The notes under the pieces are model-generated. The model worked only from the letters and a program-made list of their open reading frames with translations, did no database searches and had not been told where the DNA came from. This document shows, piece by piece, positions 39,899-61,244 of a stretch of DNA of 64,000 nt. The translations under genes were made by a program, and so were the position numbers. How positions within the stretch are numbered: position 1 is the stretch's first letter; every line of letters starts with the position of its first letter. This DNA is from the human T2T-CHM13v2.0 reference genome, Homo sapiens: assembly GCF_009914755.1 (NCBI RefSeq), contig NC_060944.1. One strand, 5' to 3'.

Positions 39899-42193
39899 GT
39901 GAGTTTTGATAATGACTTCTCGAAAGGGCTCTAATGGAGGGCACAGCTGTGACTTAAAAAAAAATTGGGGTCCAGTTCAGCAGGGAGCTTGGGCAAGAAG
40001 ATGGAAGAGAAGAAAAAGAGAAGGGAAAAAAATGGCCTTGCTCTGTTTTTTAAAAGCCGGAGATTTTTCAAGTTCATTCAATGATGGGCACAAAAAATGA
40101 CAGGGGAGAGAAGATGCATTTTCTCCTGTCAGGGCCAAGGCTGTGTGCATCCTGGTGCCTTCGTGCTTGTCTCAGCAGCATTTTTTATTTGGGGAACCAA
40201 TGAGGTCTGATGAGCCTGAGCCAGCTTTTTTTGGCCTATCATGACTGACTGAGTGTTACGCCATCTCAGGGTCACTTGGTGATCTGGCCCCGGGGACGGG
40301 GTGGGGGCACCCTAGCCAAAGGATTTCAGGACTGGCCAGGCCTTCTTATTTATTGACTCATTTGTTAACAGCCACACTCTGTAAGAAGGGCCAAGCATTC
40401 ACCCATTTTGCAGGTGGGGCAGCTGAGGCTCAGGAGGTCAGGGACTTGCCAGAGGTCACGCCAAGGGTGACTGGTGTTGCTGAGCTACCTGGCTTCAGGG
40501 CTGAAGCTCTTTGTCACCAGGCTGTGCTGCAGGCCAGTGCAGCTGGGGCCCAGGGGAGTTCAGGGAGTGACGGCTTTTGTGAAGGAGGGGGCACCCAAAG
40601 CCAGTCCTGGGAGAGGCAGACAGGAGACAGGAGGTGAACTGGGGAGAGAACATGGAGTGGAGGGGACCTGCCCAGGGACACATGTGGCCATGCAACGAGG
40701 CAAGGTTTGTGCATGGGGCGTGAGGTCAGCTTGGCAGGGGCGTGAGGCAAGCCTGGCAGGAGGCTAGACATCTACCAGCAACACACTCAGAAAAGGCAGG
40801 TGCCCGTGGGGGTATGAATGTGCGTGTGTGCGTGCATGCTTGTGTGTTTGTGTGTCCTCGCATGCGCATGGCGGGGAAACCTTTCTAAATTCACCCTTTT
40901 TTGCTTGATTCTTCCACAACTTTTCAAGGACTTGTAGGGGAGCTCAGGACCCCAAGGCCAATTTGACAGGGATGAGCAGAGGAGCTGCACCCCCAAACCG
41001 AGGTCACCATGTGGAGAATGGGCACAGGGAGTCATTGGGGTGCCATGTCGGGCATCAGAGGTGGCATCATGGAGGCAGAGAGGCCAGGGAGGAGGCTTCT
41101 GCAGCCCCTTCAGGCGGGAGGGGGTGGGCAAGAGAGCAAGGATCTTCAAAGCATTATTTGTGCTGTCTGGCCCAGGGCACAGTTGGGGTCTGAAAATTCA
41201 AGCCATTTTTATCCAGCTCAGGGTGGCTGTGGGTCCACCCCCGACCCTCTGCCAAGGGCGCATCCATATCGAACACCCCGTTTCTGGCCCAAATACCCAT
41301 CCGTTAAGCCCAGGCAGGTAGATCTGTGTGCATATTAATACCCCGTTCATCACAACCCTTTCTCCTATAATTTTGCCTGGGGTTTAAGGAGCGGCTCTGG
41401 CAAAGGAGAGAATAATCTAATTGATTTAGAGGATTAGAATTCCAGGCTGCCGGGTCCCACATGAGGGAAATGCGACAATGCTAATTAGTTAAATAAAATA
41501 AATGTGCTCAGCATGAATGTGCAATTACCCCCAGCCCCCCACCCCCAGCCCCTGCAATTCCTGCAGCAGCTGGGGCTCCGAGGGTCTGGTTAGGAAATGC
41601 ACAGACAGGCATGGGCCAAGCTCCTCGTGCAGACAGCGCCACAAGAAAAACCATTCCTAATACACAGGTACTCCCTGGATTCCTGCAGTCTGAGGAGGTG
41701 GCCCAAACTTTTCTCCATGGCCTTCAGAACTCTGCACAATTGCTCTGGCCACCCTCCAGCCTCACCTCTTGCCTGACCTCACCCCCCTTCCCCTCCCGAC
41801 CCTGGCAGCCTTTCCACCTTCCCATTCCTTCCCACCTCCAGGCCTTTGCACAGGCTGGTCCGCCTGCCTGCAAAGCTGTTCCTCTCTCTCTTCCCACGGA
41901 GCTCAGCTTGGGGAAGCGTCCCTTGAACTTGTGACCCAGCTGGCGCCCCTCCCATTTCCCTGCTGGCTGTATTTCTGGTTGTCGTTATCCGCTTGTGTGA
42001 GTTTTTGCTTCATGACTGTCTCCCCTAGAGATGAGGGGTGCTGGGACTGAGCCTGCCTGACTCACTGTTGCATTTCCAGAGTCTAGCACAGAGCCTGGCA
42101 TGGTGTAGTAGGTACCCAATAAATATTTGTTGAATAATTATCACACACACAGACATACGCCCAGGCCAATGTGTGTGTGAACCCATACACAGA

Positions 42194-42541
<348 letters not shown>

Positions 42542-43249
42542 TGACATGACGTGAACGAGTGAAAGAGCTCCTGCGGGGGCCCGGGAAACCCAGACCCTGT
42601 GTCTACAGGGAACAGCTGAGCCAGGCAGGGACCTAGGCCCCATATTCCCATGACTTCTAAAAATCCCGATTTTAGTGGAATGTCTCCTGAGTCTTAACTG
42701 TTGGGACCTAATTAGATCTTTTGAAAAACACTGTCTAAGCCAAATAGTGCAGTCTACAGGCTGGTGGAATCCCAGAATCTCATAGGGAGATCATTTACGT
42801 CAGAGGACAGGCATATGTGATCAAATAATAATGGTCCAAGGTTGAGGGTAAGAAAGTGCTGTCAGCTTCCAGGGGCTTGGTGCGGGGAGGGCTTCGTGAA
42901 CCTGCCTGGGTGGCCATGTTAGCCTTGTGAAGATTCAGACTCTAAGAGTCGGCTGTGCTGACTGCCAGGCGGGGACCGTGAGGACACAGTGGGGCCAGCA
43001 TTTAGTGTCCCAGGAGCTGAGTCCTGGTTCCAGCTCTGCCACCTCCTCGACTCTCCCTTTTCCTCAGTTAGCTGTTGTTGAAGGCATATATGAAAACGCT
43101 TTGGAAACTGTAAAGTGCCATGGATTAGGCTATGTGAGTGACAGTGGTTCCTAGGGTGGAAACTTGTTAACGTGAATTTGTGACTCGTAAAACTCCTATT
43201 CCTAGCAAGCGAGCAGGATGTGGGCAAGGGAATAAAAAAAAAAAATCAG

Positions 43250-43496
<247 letters not shown>

Positions 43497-45412
43497 TCAT
43501 AAGGAGATCATTTACGTGGGAGGACAGGCATCTGTAATAAAATAATAATGATAATAATAATATAGCAGCTAACATTTATTGAGTGCTTACCATATGTTAG
43601 GAGCCATGACGAGCACTTTATATGAATTATCTCGTTTAACTTGGGCCCAGGGAAGGACCCTGGCCTAAAAATATCTCCCTTGGTAGCTTGCATCTGCTAA
43701 GGATTCCACCATTAGGTGGAATCATTTCCATGGCTCAGGCAAACATTTCTGCTTATTGGCCATTTTCAAGTTCTGGAAGTTTTTCTTTCGATCTGACTAA
43801 AGTCATTTGTGCTAAAATTGAGGTTAATTTTCCCCTTAACCAGTTTTGCAAACCAAGATAGTCCACAACTTCCTAATTTTAAGACAAGGTGAAATTCTCC
43901 ACAAATACCCTCCTTCCTGGGGGACTTCATCACTGTAAATCGCTCGTGGTTGGAAGCTGAGTTAAACCAAGATGACTCTGGAAAGACCATGGTCTCACAC
44001 ATACACACTCCTGCCCTCTGGGTGCTCTCAGTCCACTGTGAGAGACGGGTGTTAATCCAATAATCATGCATGATAAAAAATACAATTACAACTGTGACCA
44101 AAATGAGGAGAGCTGCCATAATGGGGTATCTGATCTAGCCTGGGGGGCCAGGAGGGCTTCCTGGAGGAGGTGCTATTTGAAGTGAGCACTGAGGTGTGGA
44201 GGATTTGACAAAGGGTGGGGAACTTGGCTGGGTGTGTGCACTGGAGGAATTGCTAGTGGCCGATGAGGCTGAGGGGCAGGCCGGGATGAGACCTCAAAGG
44301 GCCTTGTCAGCCACCGTGGGGACCATCGAAGAGTTTAAGTTAGGGACATTTTGAAAAAATTGGTCTGGCTGTTGTGGAAGAAGAGGCTGGAAGGTTGTGT
44401 AGATCTGGGAGGAGGCTGGGGTGATGGCCTGGGTGGGAGAAGCCCTGGACCTTGCTTTTGCCAGTGCTGAGGGATGTGGATTCTGGAGAGAAGGGGAAGG
44501 GGTCCAGTGGTGTTTAGAGGAGGTCAGTGGGTTCAGGGGTGGAGTGTGCGGAGTGCAGAAAGAAAACAGAAATGGTGATTGCAGAGTTTGGCTACAGCAG
44601 TAAGGCCTTCTGGGGCCCAGGTCTGGGGAGAACCTGAGTTGGGTTCTGAACATGCTGAGGGGCCAGCGAAGTGCTGGGTGGAGCTGATAGAGGCTGATTG
44701 CAGGGCCCAGCCTGGGGCAGGAGGCATCTGACCCCTATTCCTCACCCCAGCACCTTCCCTGGGGCCTCCACCTCTGCCAGGAGGCCACGTGAAGGCAAGG
44801 GTTGGCATCACGAGTACAAATCCATTCTTCTGGCGTGGCTGGAAGACGATCCCAGCCTGCCCAATGTGAGCTGGCCTCGGAGTATCCCTGCAGTGCCCGG
44901 AAAAGCCTGAGCTGTGGGGCAAGCAGGGAGGAGGCTGAACTTGGCCCTGGCCAGGGTTCGGCCTTGTCTCTTTTAGCGTAACTAGGTGCTTAATTGCACT
45001 GCTAAGGCCTGTCGATGCCTGTGCGGAGGTGATTATGATTTACAGCTGGGTCGCCATGCGGGGGTCCCTTTCTTCGTGGGCTCTCCAGTCGCCCTGGAGG
45101 GCTGGGCTGAAGGGCTTTCTGCATAATGTGTGGTGGATGAAATCCAACGGGCTGCTCCTGGAGTGGGATATTGGGCCCCCTCCCGTGGGAGAGGCCTCTG
45201 ATGAGGTTTGGGGCTGGGTTTTCCCAAGACATGGAGGATTGGGGGCCTCGGAAAGACATGAGAAGACCGATCTGTAGTTTATTGTTCAGAAGGCTCCCAG
45301 AGGGGTGGGTAAGGTGTGGCCTCTGTCACCAGCTGGGTGACCTTGAGAAAATCGCTTCACCTCTCTGAGTCTCAGTTTCTTCACCTGCATCATAGGGTTA
45401 TTGTGAGGTTTA

Positions 45413-45770
<358 letters not shown>

Positions 45771-46968
45771 ATTGATGAAACTTATCACATCATCTCACAG
45801 TGATCAGGCACTTCATAAACATTAGCCACTGGCACTACTGTTGCTGTTATTATTTTTATTAAAAATATCGTATTTGCCTTCTCCAGATTGTGCTTAGAGG
45901 CACGGACCACAGGGACTGGGAGGGAGTCGTGTCTGACATGTGTCCTTGCCCTTCATCCTGTTGGAAGTTCACTCGCTGAGTTGCTTGATTATGGGTTAGG
46001 GGTCTAGGTTCTCCGTTAGACTGTCAGCTCGTGCCAGCATTACCAGGATCTGGCTGGCCCATTGTGGTAGGCACTCGCTAAGTGCTTGTTGAATGAACGG
46101 ACAAATTTAGCCCAAGAAAACCGAGGCCAGAGTACTGGTGACTTGTCACGGTCAGCGCCTGGCCTCCCATCCCTCCCTGCGGTGCTCCCTGCCCTCCTCC
46201 TCTCTGAGAGAGGAAGAGCTTGTGTTCCTGAAGGCCACATCTGTCTCTTGGCAGAGGGGGTGACAGGGAGGAGGGAGCTGGCTGCCTGGGGAGCCGTCCA
46301 GGCCTTCGTGGCCCCATCTAGGGGATGGGAGTGGGTGGGCCGAGGGCTGGGCCTCGCTTGGTGCTCCCTCCCTAGGAGCGAGTGCTCCCAGCACTTTGGA
46401 TTATTACTCCATTAGCGCCTTGTAGGGTTGACAAATGAAGGATAATTAATATCCGTGAGGGAAGCAGATGTTGAGGTAATTCGCTCCCGCTGCGCATTTG
46501 CAACAGCATCTCCTAACTCGCCAGAGAGAGCACACAGGACCACAGGGTGGAGGTGATGGAGTCAGAGGGACAGGGTGGGCTCCAGCAGGGCCTGGCACTA
46601 GGGAGGGGGCACCCCCACAGCCAGAGGGGCAGCTGGGAGGGTTTCCCACTGCTTGCCATGGGGAAGTCCTGCCTGGGTCCCACCTCCGTGCCTCTGCTGA
46701 AGGCTTTCCCTCCACGTAGGGGACGATGGGCAGCAGGGAAGGCTCAGCATGAGGGAGGAAGATCAGGCTCCCTGCTGCTGGACACTCTCTTCTTCCCTTC
46801 CCTGTGGCCCTGCCAGCACTGGTGGCCCTCGGTGAGCCTGTCACACCACTGGAAGGGTGAGAGCGCATGGAGCCTGTTCCCAGTTCCGCCACTCACTGAC
46901 TCCATGCCTCTGGGCGAGTCACTTCTTTTGGAGCTTCAGTTTCACCATCTGCAAAGTGGATATCGTTA

Positions 46969-47323
46969 TGTGTATTCACCCTGCTATAAAGAACTACCAG
47001 AGACTAGGTAATTCACAAAGAAAAGAGGTTAAATTGGCTCAACGTTCTGCATGGCTGGGGAGGCCTCAGAAAACTTAGAATTATGGTGTAAGGCTAAAGG
47101 GAAGCAAGGCATGTCTTACGTGTTGGCAGGAGAAGAGTGAACGAAGGGGAAACTGCTACTTTTAAACCATCACATCTTGTGAGAACTCACTCACTATCAC
47201 GAGAACAGCATGGAGAAAACTGTCCCCATGATCCACTCACCTCCCACCAGGCCCCGCCCTCAACATGTGGGGATTACACTTTGAGATGAGATTTGGGTGG
47301 GGACACAGAGCCAAACCATATCA
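46969..47323 (-). mobile_element. THE1/MST-type MaLR solo LTR
   Basis: ctgctataaagaactacc...gagatttgggtggggacacagagccaaaccatatca. Confidence 0.85.
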
Positions 47324-48219
47324 TCATGCGCATGTGACTTACAATTAGAAAGCAAGACATCTGAGTATGACTTCAGTTGGAGAAAGAAGGTCATGGGGTG
47401 GGTCCCTGCATTCAACAAATGTTGATGATTATTTACGGAGTGCTGGGCTCTGTGATAACCACTCACATGGACAAAATAAATATTGTCCCTGCTCTCATGG
47501 AGGGTACGGTTTAGCCAGGGAGAGAACCCAAAATCAAGTCAACAGACAAATACACGGTTCAAAATGAGAAGACTGCTATGCAGGAAATAGGAGGGAGTGG
47601 GGACAGGGGGTCAATTTCTTGGAGGAGGTGACATTTAGGATGAATGGGAACCAGGCAGGTGAAGATGAACAGGGAACCCCACCCAGGCAGAGGGCCCAGC
47701 ACGCGCAAAGGCCGTGAGGTCAGCAAGAGTTTCCCATTGGGGTGTTGACGAAAGAGCCCTCCCCAGGGCAGATTGGTAAGACGATTAGAAGTCACACGTG
47801 TGAGTGCCCAGCACAGGCTCAGAAACATCTGCAGGCTGCATGCAGAGGGCGCACTTTCTCATCCTGGCCCCCTCACTGCAGGGGTGACCAGCAGGGGCAT
47901 CCCACCTGGAGCCAGAAGTTGGGCTTCCTTCTCTAGGAGCTGGGGCTTGGCAGGAACAGGCCAGCTCGTTGTCCCTCCAGAAGAGACAGACCAGTAGTCC
48001 ACAGGTCTGAGGCCCACTCACCTGAGCCTACAAAGCTGTCTGGGAAGGGGGTCAGTGGCTGGCAGCTGAGAACTGATCTCCACTGTTCTGTCCAGGCAGG
48101 ACAGGGGCTGCAGGAAGGTTTTTTTTTTTTTCTAAGAAGAAGGGGCCAGGAAAGGAAAGAAGCCCCCTCCCACCACCACCACCCCTCTCCATAGGCCCAA
48201 CTCCTTTTTTTTTTTTTTT

Positions 48220-49740
<1,521 letters not shown>

Positions 49741-50287
49741 TTTTTTTTTTTTTTTTAGGAAATGTAAACTTTCAGACTAAACGAAGACTTTGCTTTGTAG
49801 CCTACACCAGATCCACTTCCTCCCCTGTGTTCTACCCTAGGGTCTACCACTGCTGTGAGGAGGCCCCGTTGTTCCCTCCTGTCTATTTTAAACTTCCACA
49901 CCCGGAAGACCCCAAAACCAGTATAGAGTAGGTGTCTGTGTTTGTTTACATAAATGGCATCCCCTGGGGGTGGGCAGCAGTGAGAGCTTTCCCTCTGCTG
50001 TTTGCCACTGAGCTCACGTGCCTAGTTCTAGCTCCGTCTTTCGGACCACTCTGCAGTGCTTCATGCAGGGAACCGGCCACTGCTTAGTTATGTGGTCTGT
50101 TGGTGGACATGGCAGTTGCTTTTACTTTTTTGCTATTTAACTCACTCTTGTGCAAACCTCGGTGGGCCCTTGTGGGAGTGTTTCTGGGGCTCCCGTCCTA
50201 GCATGCGATCTTGGGACCCCCCCCCCGACTCTTCTTCTCCCCCACTGTCACTGGATGGACAGGTCACGGTCTCTCTGTCACCCCCAG

Positions 50288-50560
50288 GTGGTCAAGGTGG
50301 TGGGCAGCAACATCTCCCACAAGCTGCGCCTGTCCCGGGTGAAGCCCACGGACGAAGGCACCTACGAGTGCCGCGTCATCGACTTCAGCGACGGCAAGGC
50401 CCGGCACCACAAGGTCAAGGCCTACCTGCGGGTGCAGCCAGGGGAGAACTCCGTCCTGCATCTGCCCGAAGCCCCTCCCGCCGCGCCCGCCCCGCCGCCC
50501 CCCAAGCCAGGCAAGGAGCTGAGGAAGCGCTCGGTGGACCAGGAGGCCTGCAGCCTCTAG
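50288..50560 (+). CDS. VSTM2L: VSTM2L coding exon 4: C-terminal IgV half (DEGTYEC), Pro-rich segment, ...LRKRSVDQEACSL*
   Basis: cccccag acceptor; D-x-G-x-Y-x-C Ig F-strand motif; NIS sequon; TAG at 50558-50560. Confidence 0.97.
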   Translation: MVKVVGSNISHKLRLSRVKPTDEGTYECRVIDFSDGKARHHKVKAYLRVQPGENSVLHLPEAPPAAPAPPPPKPGKELRKRSVDQEACSL

Positions 50561-51660
50561 ACTGATGCCCCTGCCCCCGCCCATCCGCCCCCACGCTGTA
50601 CAGAGTGCATGAGGAGCCGCCGGACCACCGGGGACCGACTGCCTGCGTCCAGCCGCGCCCCATCCCCGAGGCCGCCTGTGGCCACCATGTCGGCCCTCTT
50701 TCCACCACCCCTTGCTCAGCATGTAAGCCCCACCCACCCCTGCCCTTTCAGACCCCTGCGGTGACCTGGCTCGGAGAAGGTGGCCCTGGGCACCAAGGGG
50801 CCAACCGCCCTGAACACTGGGGCAGGGACCATGCTGGGGCCCGGGGCCACCCCCTTCCTGTCACCAGCTTCTGTGGAGTCCAGTGTTTTGCTTTGCTTGC
50901 TTGTCCCCCATCCTGTCCTGAGCCGGGGCCCCCCAGCCTCGCCTCCCTCCTCCTACCATCCCTCACTTGGACCTGGGGGTGTGGACAGTGACCCCTCCCT
51001 GAATATGGACTTGAATCTTCTGAGCAGAACTAGGGCCTCTCCCCTGGTGAAGACCCAGGGAACCCAGGAGGGCCCTTCTGGGGCAGTGGCTCTGCAGGGT
51101 CACTCATGGAGGCCTAGGGGAACAGCGAGATGCCCCACCACCTCCTGGCGAGTCCTTCCTGTTCAGCTCCCTGTGCGACCCTCCAGGGATGCAGGTGATC
51201 CAGGATTCTCTGCCCTGTCACACGGCGAGTCAGAAGGGAGGGGCCTTTCCCTCGGACCCATGGCCCCAGGCAGAGTTTTGCACCAGCAGGACCCCTTTGA
51301 GGGCCTTCAAGGCTCTCCCAGGAGTCCCCCTCTGCCGGCCCCCCAATGCCCCAGCTCCCTCTTGGGTCCTGTGCCAAGTCCGCCCCAGGGCCTGGGGCTG
51401 TTGGGAGCCAAGGGCCCCCTGGTACTCAGTTCCCTCACGATTCCCGATCACGGGCACACCTGCCCCCTGGTTATTTGTAAATATTTCTATTGGACCCAAT
51501 TCTCCTCGGAATTGGCTGGCACCTCTGGCTGCCACAGCTCAGTGATGACGTGGGGGAGGTGGGAGAGGCCGAGGGCTTTGCCTAGGGGTGGGTTGCCCTG
51601 TATACATGATCCAGTCTGTGACTACCAGCCAACCTGAATAAAGCGGTTTTAAAAAAACCT
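50561..51660 (+). other. VSTM2L: VSTM2L 3' UTR (~1.1 kb; 3' end approximate)
   Basis: Repeat-free sequence between the stop codon and the poly(A) signal. Confidence 0.85.
51637..51642 (+). terminator. Polyadenylation signal AATAAA
   Basis: Canonical hexamer, upstream UGUA at 51599, GU-rich tract from ~51668. Confidence 0.88.
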
Positions 51661-52100
51661 CTGGGCAGTGTCTTTCTGGGGCATTTGTGCCTGGGGGGTG
51701 TGTGGGGTGGAGGCAGGAGAGCAGGTGGCTAGCTCACACCCACGCCTCACTCAGCATCTCTCTCCTGCTTTGCACCCCAAGCAGCGCCTGGCTTTGCAGT
51801 GCAGAGCACAGGACCGGTGGGGGCAGAGGGAGAGGGTGGGAGACAACCAGCTTTTGTTCAGCTCCAATCCTGTTACCAGGCACTCAAATTATTCTTTGCT
51901 TCTGAGATAATCACCTACAGAGAAGACTGCATAAAACATGTTTACACAGTTTTGTAAATAATGTAAAGCAAATACTTGTGTAGCCACTACCTACCAAACA
52001 TAGCACCCCAAAAGAGAACCTCCCCAAGCCTGATGTGTCATTTCCATCTATCCCTTCTCCTCCCTCTTAGAGGCAGCCACTGTCCCCACAGTTAAGGTAA

Positions 52101-52589
<489 letters not shown>

Positions 52590-52619
52590 TAGTCTTACTA
52601 CCTATGTGTATGTCCTTGT

Positions 52620-53100
52620 ATTTATTTTTTATTTTAAGTTCCGGGGTGCATGTGCAGGATGTGCAGGTGTGTTATATAGGTGAATGTGTGCCATGGTGGC
52701 TTACTGCACCTATCAACCCATCACCTAGGTATTAAGCTTGGCATGCATGAGCTATTTTCCCACTGTTCTCCCCCTCCCCTGCCCTCCCCTGTGTATGTCA
52801 TTTTAAACAATGTATGTGAGTTTCCTTCATTGTCTGACCTGCATATGCACAGAATCATACTGTATTTCTCATGTCTTATATTTGTGAGATTCATCTGTGT
52901 TGCTGCATGTGTCTGTAATTTGTTCACCTTTATTGCTGTATAATATTTCACTGTATGACTATCTCACCATCTATCAACTTACTTATCCATTGTATTGCTG
53001 ACAAGAATTGGAGTGTGTTCCCGACTGGGTACTATGACTTACCAACAACACTGCTGTGAGCACACTGGTCAGGATCTCCTGGTGCACATGAGCCTGAGAT
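52620..53100 (-). mobile_element. L1PA 3' end (~52625-52760) within an older L1M fragment
   Basis: catgtgcaggatgtgcagg...cacctatcaacccatcacctagg. Confidence 0.75.
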
Positions 53101-54244
53101 TCTCCTAGTGGATTTATCAGGTCAGAGGCTTAGGCACTTTACTTTGGCATCTCATTTTCTCTTATGAAGTATCAACAACCCCTTATTCCAGTTGAGGAAA
53201 CAGGCTCAGAGAGGTTAAGTAGCTTGCCCAAAGTCACAGAGTTGTTGAACTCAGACCTCCCTTAGCCGTAAAGTCTGTTTGTCTTGTTTCTGCCAGGTCT
53301 GGACCACCTCCCCGGTCCCTGCCATCCCATACTACACCCTGGGCTCTTGACTCCCTTTGGCTTATTCTAGCCGAGTGTCCCACCCACTATGGTCCTGCTG
53401 AGAATCTGCCTGAGGATGTGTCCACCTGGGGCTCTCAGGTCAAGCCCTCATAGCCAGAGTAGCCATCTGGTCCTTGCTCTGCAACATGCAGAAACCACAG
53501 GCACCCCTTGGAGATTGGGAACTGTTGAAATGATGATTGACCTTGGCCCTGGGCCCCGTGTCCCGGCCCTGTGCTGATCACCACAGTAGCCCTGAAGCAG
53601 GCCTTGCATCCTCTGTCTTCAGATGAGGACAATGAGGTTCAGAGAAGGGTGGGCTGGAGAATAGATGGATAGATAGATGATGGATGGATGAGGACATGAA
53701 TAATAACCAGGCTATGAAGTAGTCAGGACTCTGCTCCTGCAGCAGAATCCAGGTATGCCAGGGATAGATGGTCTTATGACCTGTGGTCCTCTCAGGCCAC
53801 TGGCTAGCCTGAACTCAATGAATATGGTCTCTTCCAGAAATCTCCACATACAAGGCTGGTTCTGGAAGGCCCAGGTCCCTCTAGGAGGGTGTGGGAGGAT
53901 CTATGTCATGCTAGAGTGATAACAATACTCACCAGCCCTGAGCACCTCCTATGCACCAGGCACTAGTGAAGGGCTTTCCACAGGAAGTTCTGATATTCCA
54001 CAGGGTCTCATCCAACCCTCCCAAGGGTCTTTGTCCCATCCCTGGCCATTTTACTCCCATAGAGGGGTCCCCCCAACCTCCTTAGAGGGATTTTTCTTGT
54101 TCCACTGGGAAGACAGACAAAAGAAGAAGAAGGTGCCTGGGTTAGAATCCTGCTTCTGCCCATCTTTGCCCCATGGCTGCAGGCAGGGCTCTTCACCTCT
54201 CTGAGCCTCAGTTCCCTGTTCTGTACCATGGGGATGCTCCTGGG

Positions 54245-55345
<1,101 letters not shown>

Positions 55346-55539
55346 TTCTAAATGAAACAAGATGCTCCTGACCACAGTGCCCACATCGGACATGGGGAGA
55401 CGCTTAGGGAATTCTGGCTTCTATTAACCTTGCCGTGATCTTTACGTGAAGCCAGAGCGAAGTCTGCCTGTCCTCAAGGCGCAGCTGGTGGGAGTGGAGA
55501 TGGGAGCGGTAGAGAAACATGAGCTGGGGGAGGGAATTC

Positions 55540-55827
55540 CTTTTTTGTTTGGTTTTTGAGATGGAGTCTTGCTGAAACACCCAGGCTGGACTGGGACGGT
55601 GTGATCTTGGCTCACAGCAACCTCCACTTCCCGGGTTCAAGCGATTCTCCTGCCTCAGCCTCCTGAGTAGCTGGGATTACAGGCACAACTGGCTAATTTT
55701 TGTATTTTTAGTAGAGACAGGGTTTCACTCTATTGGCCAGGGTGGTCTCGAACTCCTGACCTCAAGTAATCCACCCACTTTGGCTTCCCAAGTGCTGGGA
55801 TTACAGGTGTAAGCCACCGCACCCGGC
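55540..55827 (-). mobile_element. AluS-like
   Basis: Antisense Alu. Confidence 0.88.
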
Positions 55828-56110
55828 TGGGGGAAGGAATTTCTTAAAGGGAGTCCCCAGGCCCTATTCAGAAGGCTCAGAAAAACCTCAGTGCACCTCC
55901 AGAGTAGCTGTGGGCCGCTTTCCCCTTTGTGCCCAGCATAAGAATAGCATGGGCCGGGGGGTGCTTGTTTTAAGTTCAGATGTCCAGACCCCATCTTGGC
56001 CTTCAGACTCCCACCTGCCAGCACCTATAGTTAACTAGTGGCCCTCAAGATGACAATACATCTTGGTGATGGTTCCACGTGGAATTTTTAATTGCTATAG
56101 AATATTCCAT

Positions 56111-56517
56111 TTTATTAGGCTGTTCTTGCATTGCCATAAAGAAATACTCGAGACTGGATGATTTATAAAAAGAAAAGAGGTTTAACTGGCTCACAGTTTT
56201 GCAGGGCTTATAAGCATAGCACCAACATCATCTTGGTTTCTGGTGAGGGGCTCAGGAAGCTTCCAATCATGGCGGAAGGTGAAGCAGAAGCAGGCACGTC
56301 ATGTGGCAACAGCAGGAGCAAGAGAGCGAGTGGGGAGGTGCCCACATTTTTAAACACCCAGATTTCACAGGAACTCACCCTTGCAAGGACAGCACCAAGC
56401 CATTCATAAGGGATGTGCCCCAATGACCCAAACACCTCCCACCTGGCCCCACCTCCCACACTGGGGATGATATTTCAACATGAGATTTGGAAGGGCCAAA
56501 TGTCCAAACTAATATCA
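56111..56517 (-). mobile_element. MST-like MaLR solo LTR
   Basis: gttcttgcattgccataaagaaatac...tttcaacatgagatttgg. Confidence 0.82.
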
Positions 56518-56519
56518 CC

Positions 56520-59096
<2,577 letters not shown>

Positions 59097-59190
59097 CTAC
59101 CAAATTATTTCAACTTTTATGCATGTTTAAAATTTTTTATAAGATGATGCAGAGGAGAGAGCATTTAGAAGTTTTCTTCCTATCGCCCTT

Positions 59191-60828
<1,638 letters not shown>

Positions 60829-60916
60829 CCCTGCATATTTTTGTTGAATTAATTCCTAAATACTTTTTGTTGTTACTATTATAATTAACTGTTTTCTTCT
60901 ATTATGTCTTCTAACT

Positions 60917-61244
60917 CAGCAGTCCCCAACCATTTTGGCACCAGTGACCGGTTTCTTGGAAAATAATTTTTCCGTGGACCGGGTGGTGGGGCACGGGGTG
61001 GGGTATGGTTTGGGGATAAAACTCTTCCAGCTCAGATCATCAGGCATTCAGTTCTCATAAGGAGCACGCAACCCAGATCTCTTACATGCGCAGTTCACAA
61101 TAGGGTTCACGCTCCTATGAGACTCTAATGCCCCTGCTGATCTGACAGGAGGCGGAGCTCAGGCGATAATGCTCACTTGCCTGCTGCTCACCTCCTGCTA
61201 TATGGCCCGGTTCCTAACAGGTCACAAACTGGTACCGGTCCGTG
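60917..61244. mobile_element. MER1B-like hAT element, right TIR missing
   Basis: cagcagtccccaacc start; flanks ttctaact / gtctaact. Confidence 0.8.

Noticed and set aside
50546-50557. C-terminal ACSL as a CaaX, PTS1 or class I PDZ motif
   Set aside because: Cys is third from the end, there is no basic residue at -1 and no S/T at -2; the protein also has a signal peptide
50780-51637. 285-aa ORF in the 3' UTR, same frame as the CDS
   Set aside because: Separated from the CDS by TAG and a second in-frame TGA (~50762); stop context not leaky; Pro/Gly/Ser-rich composition expected from GC-rich UTR; no recognisable domain
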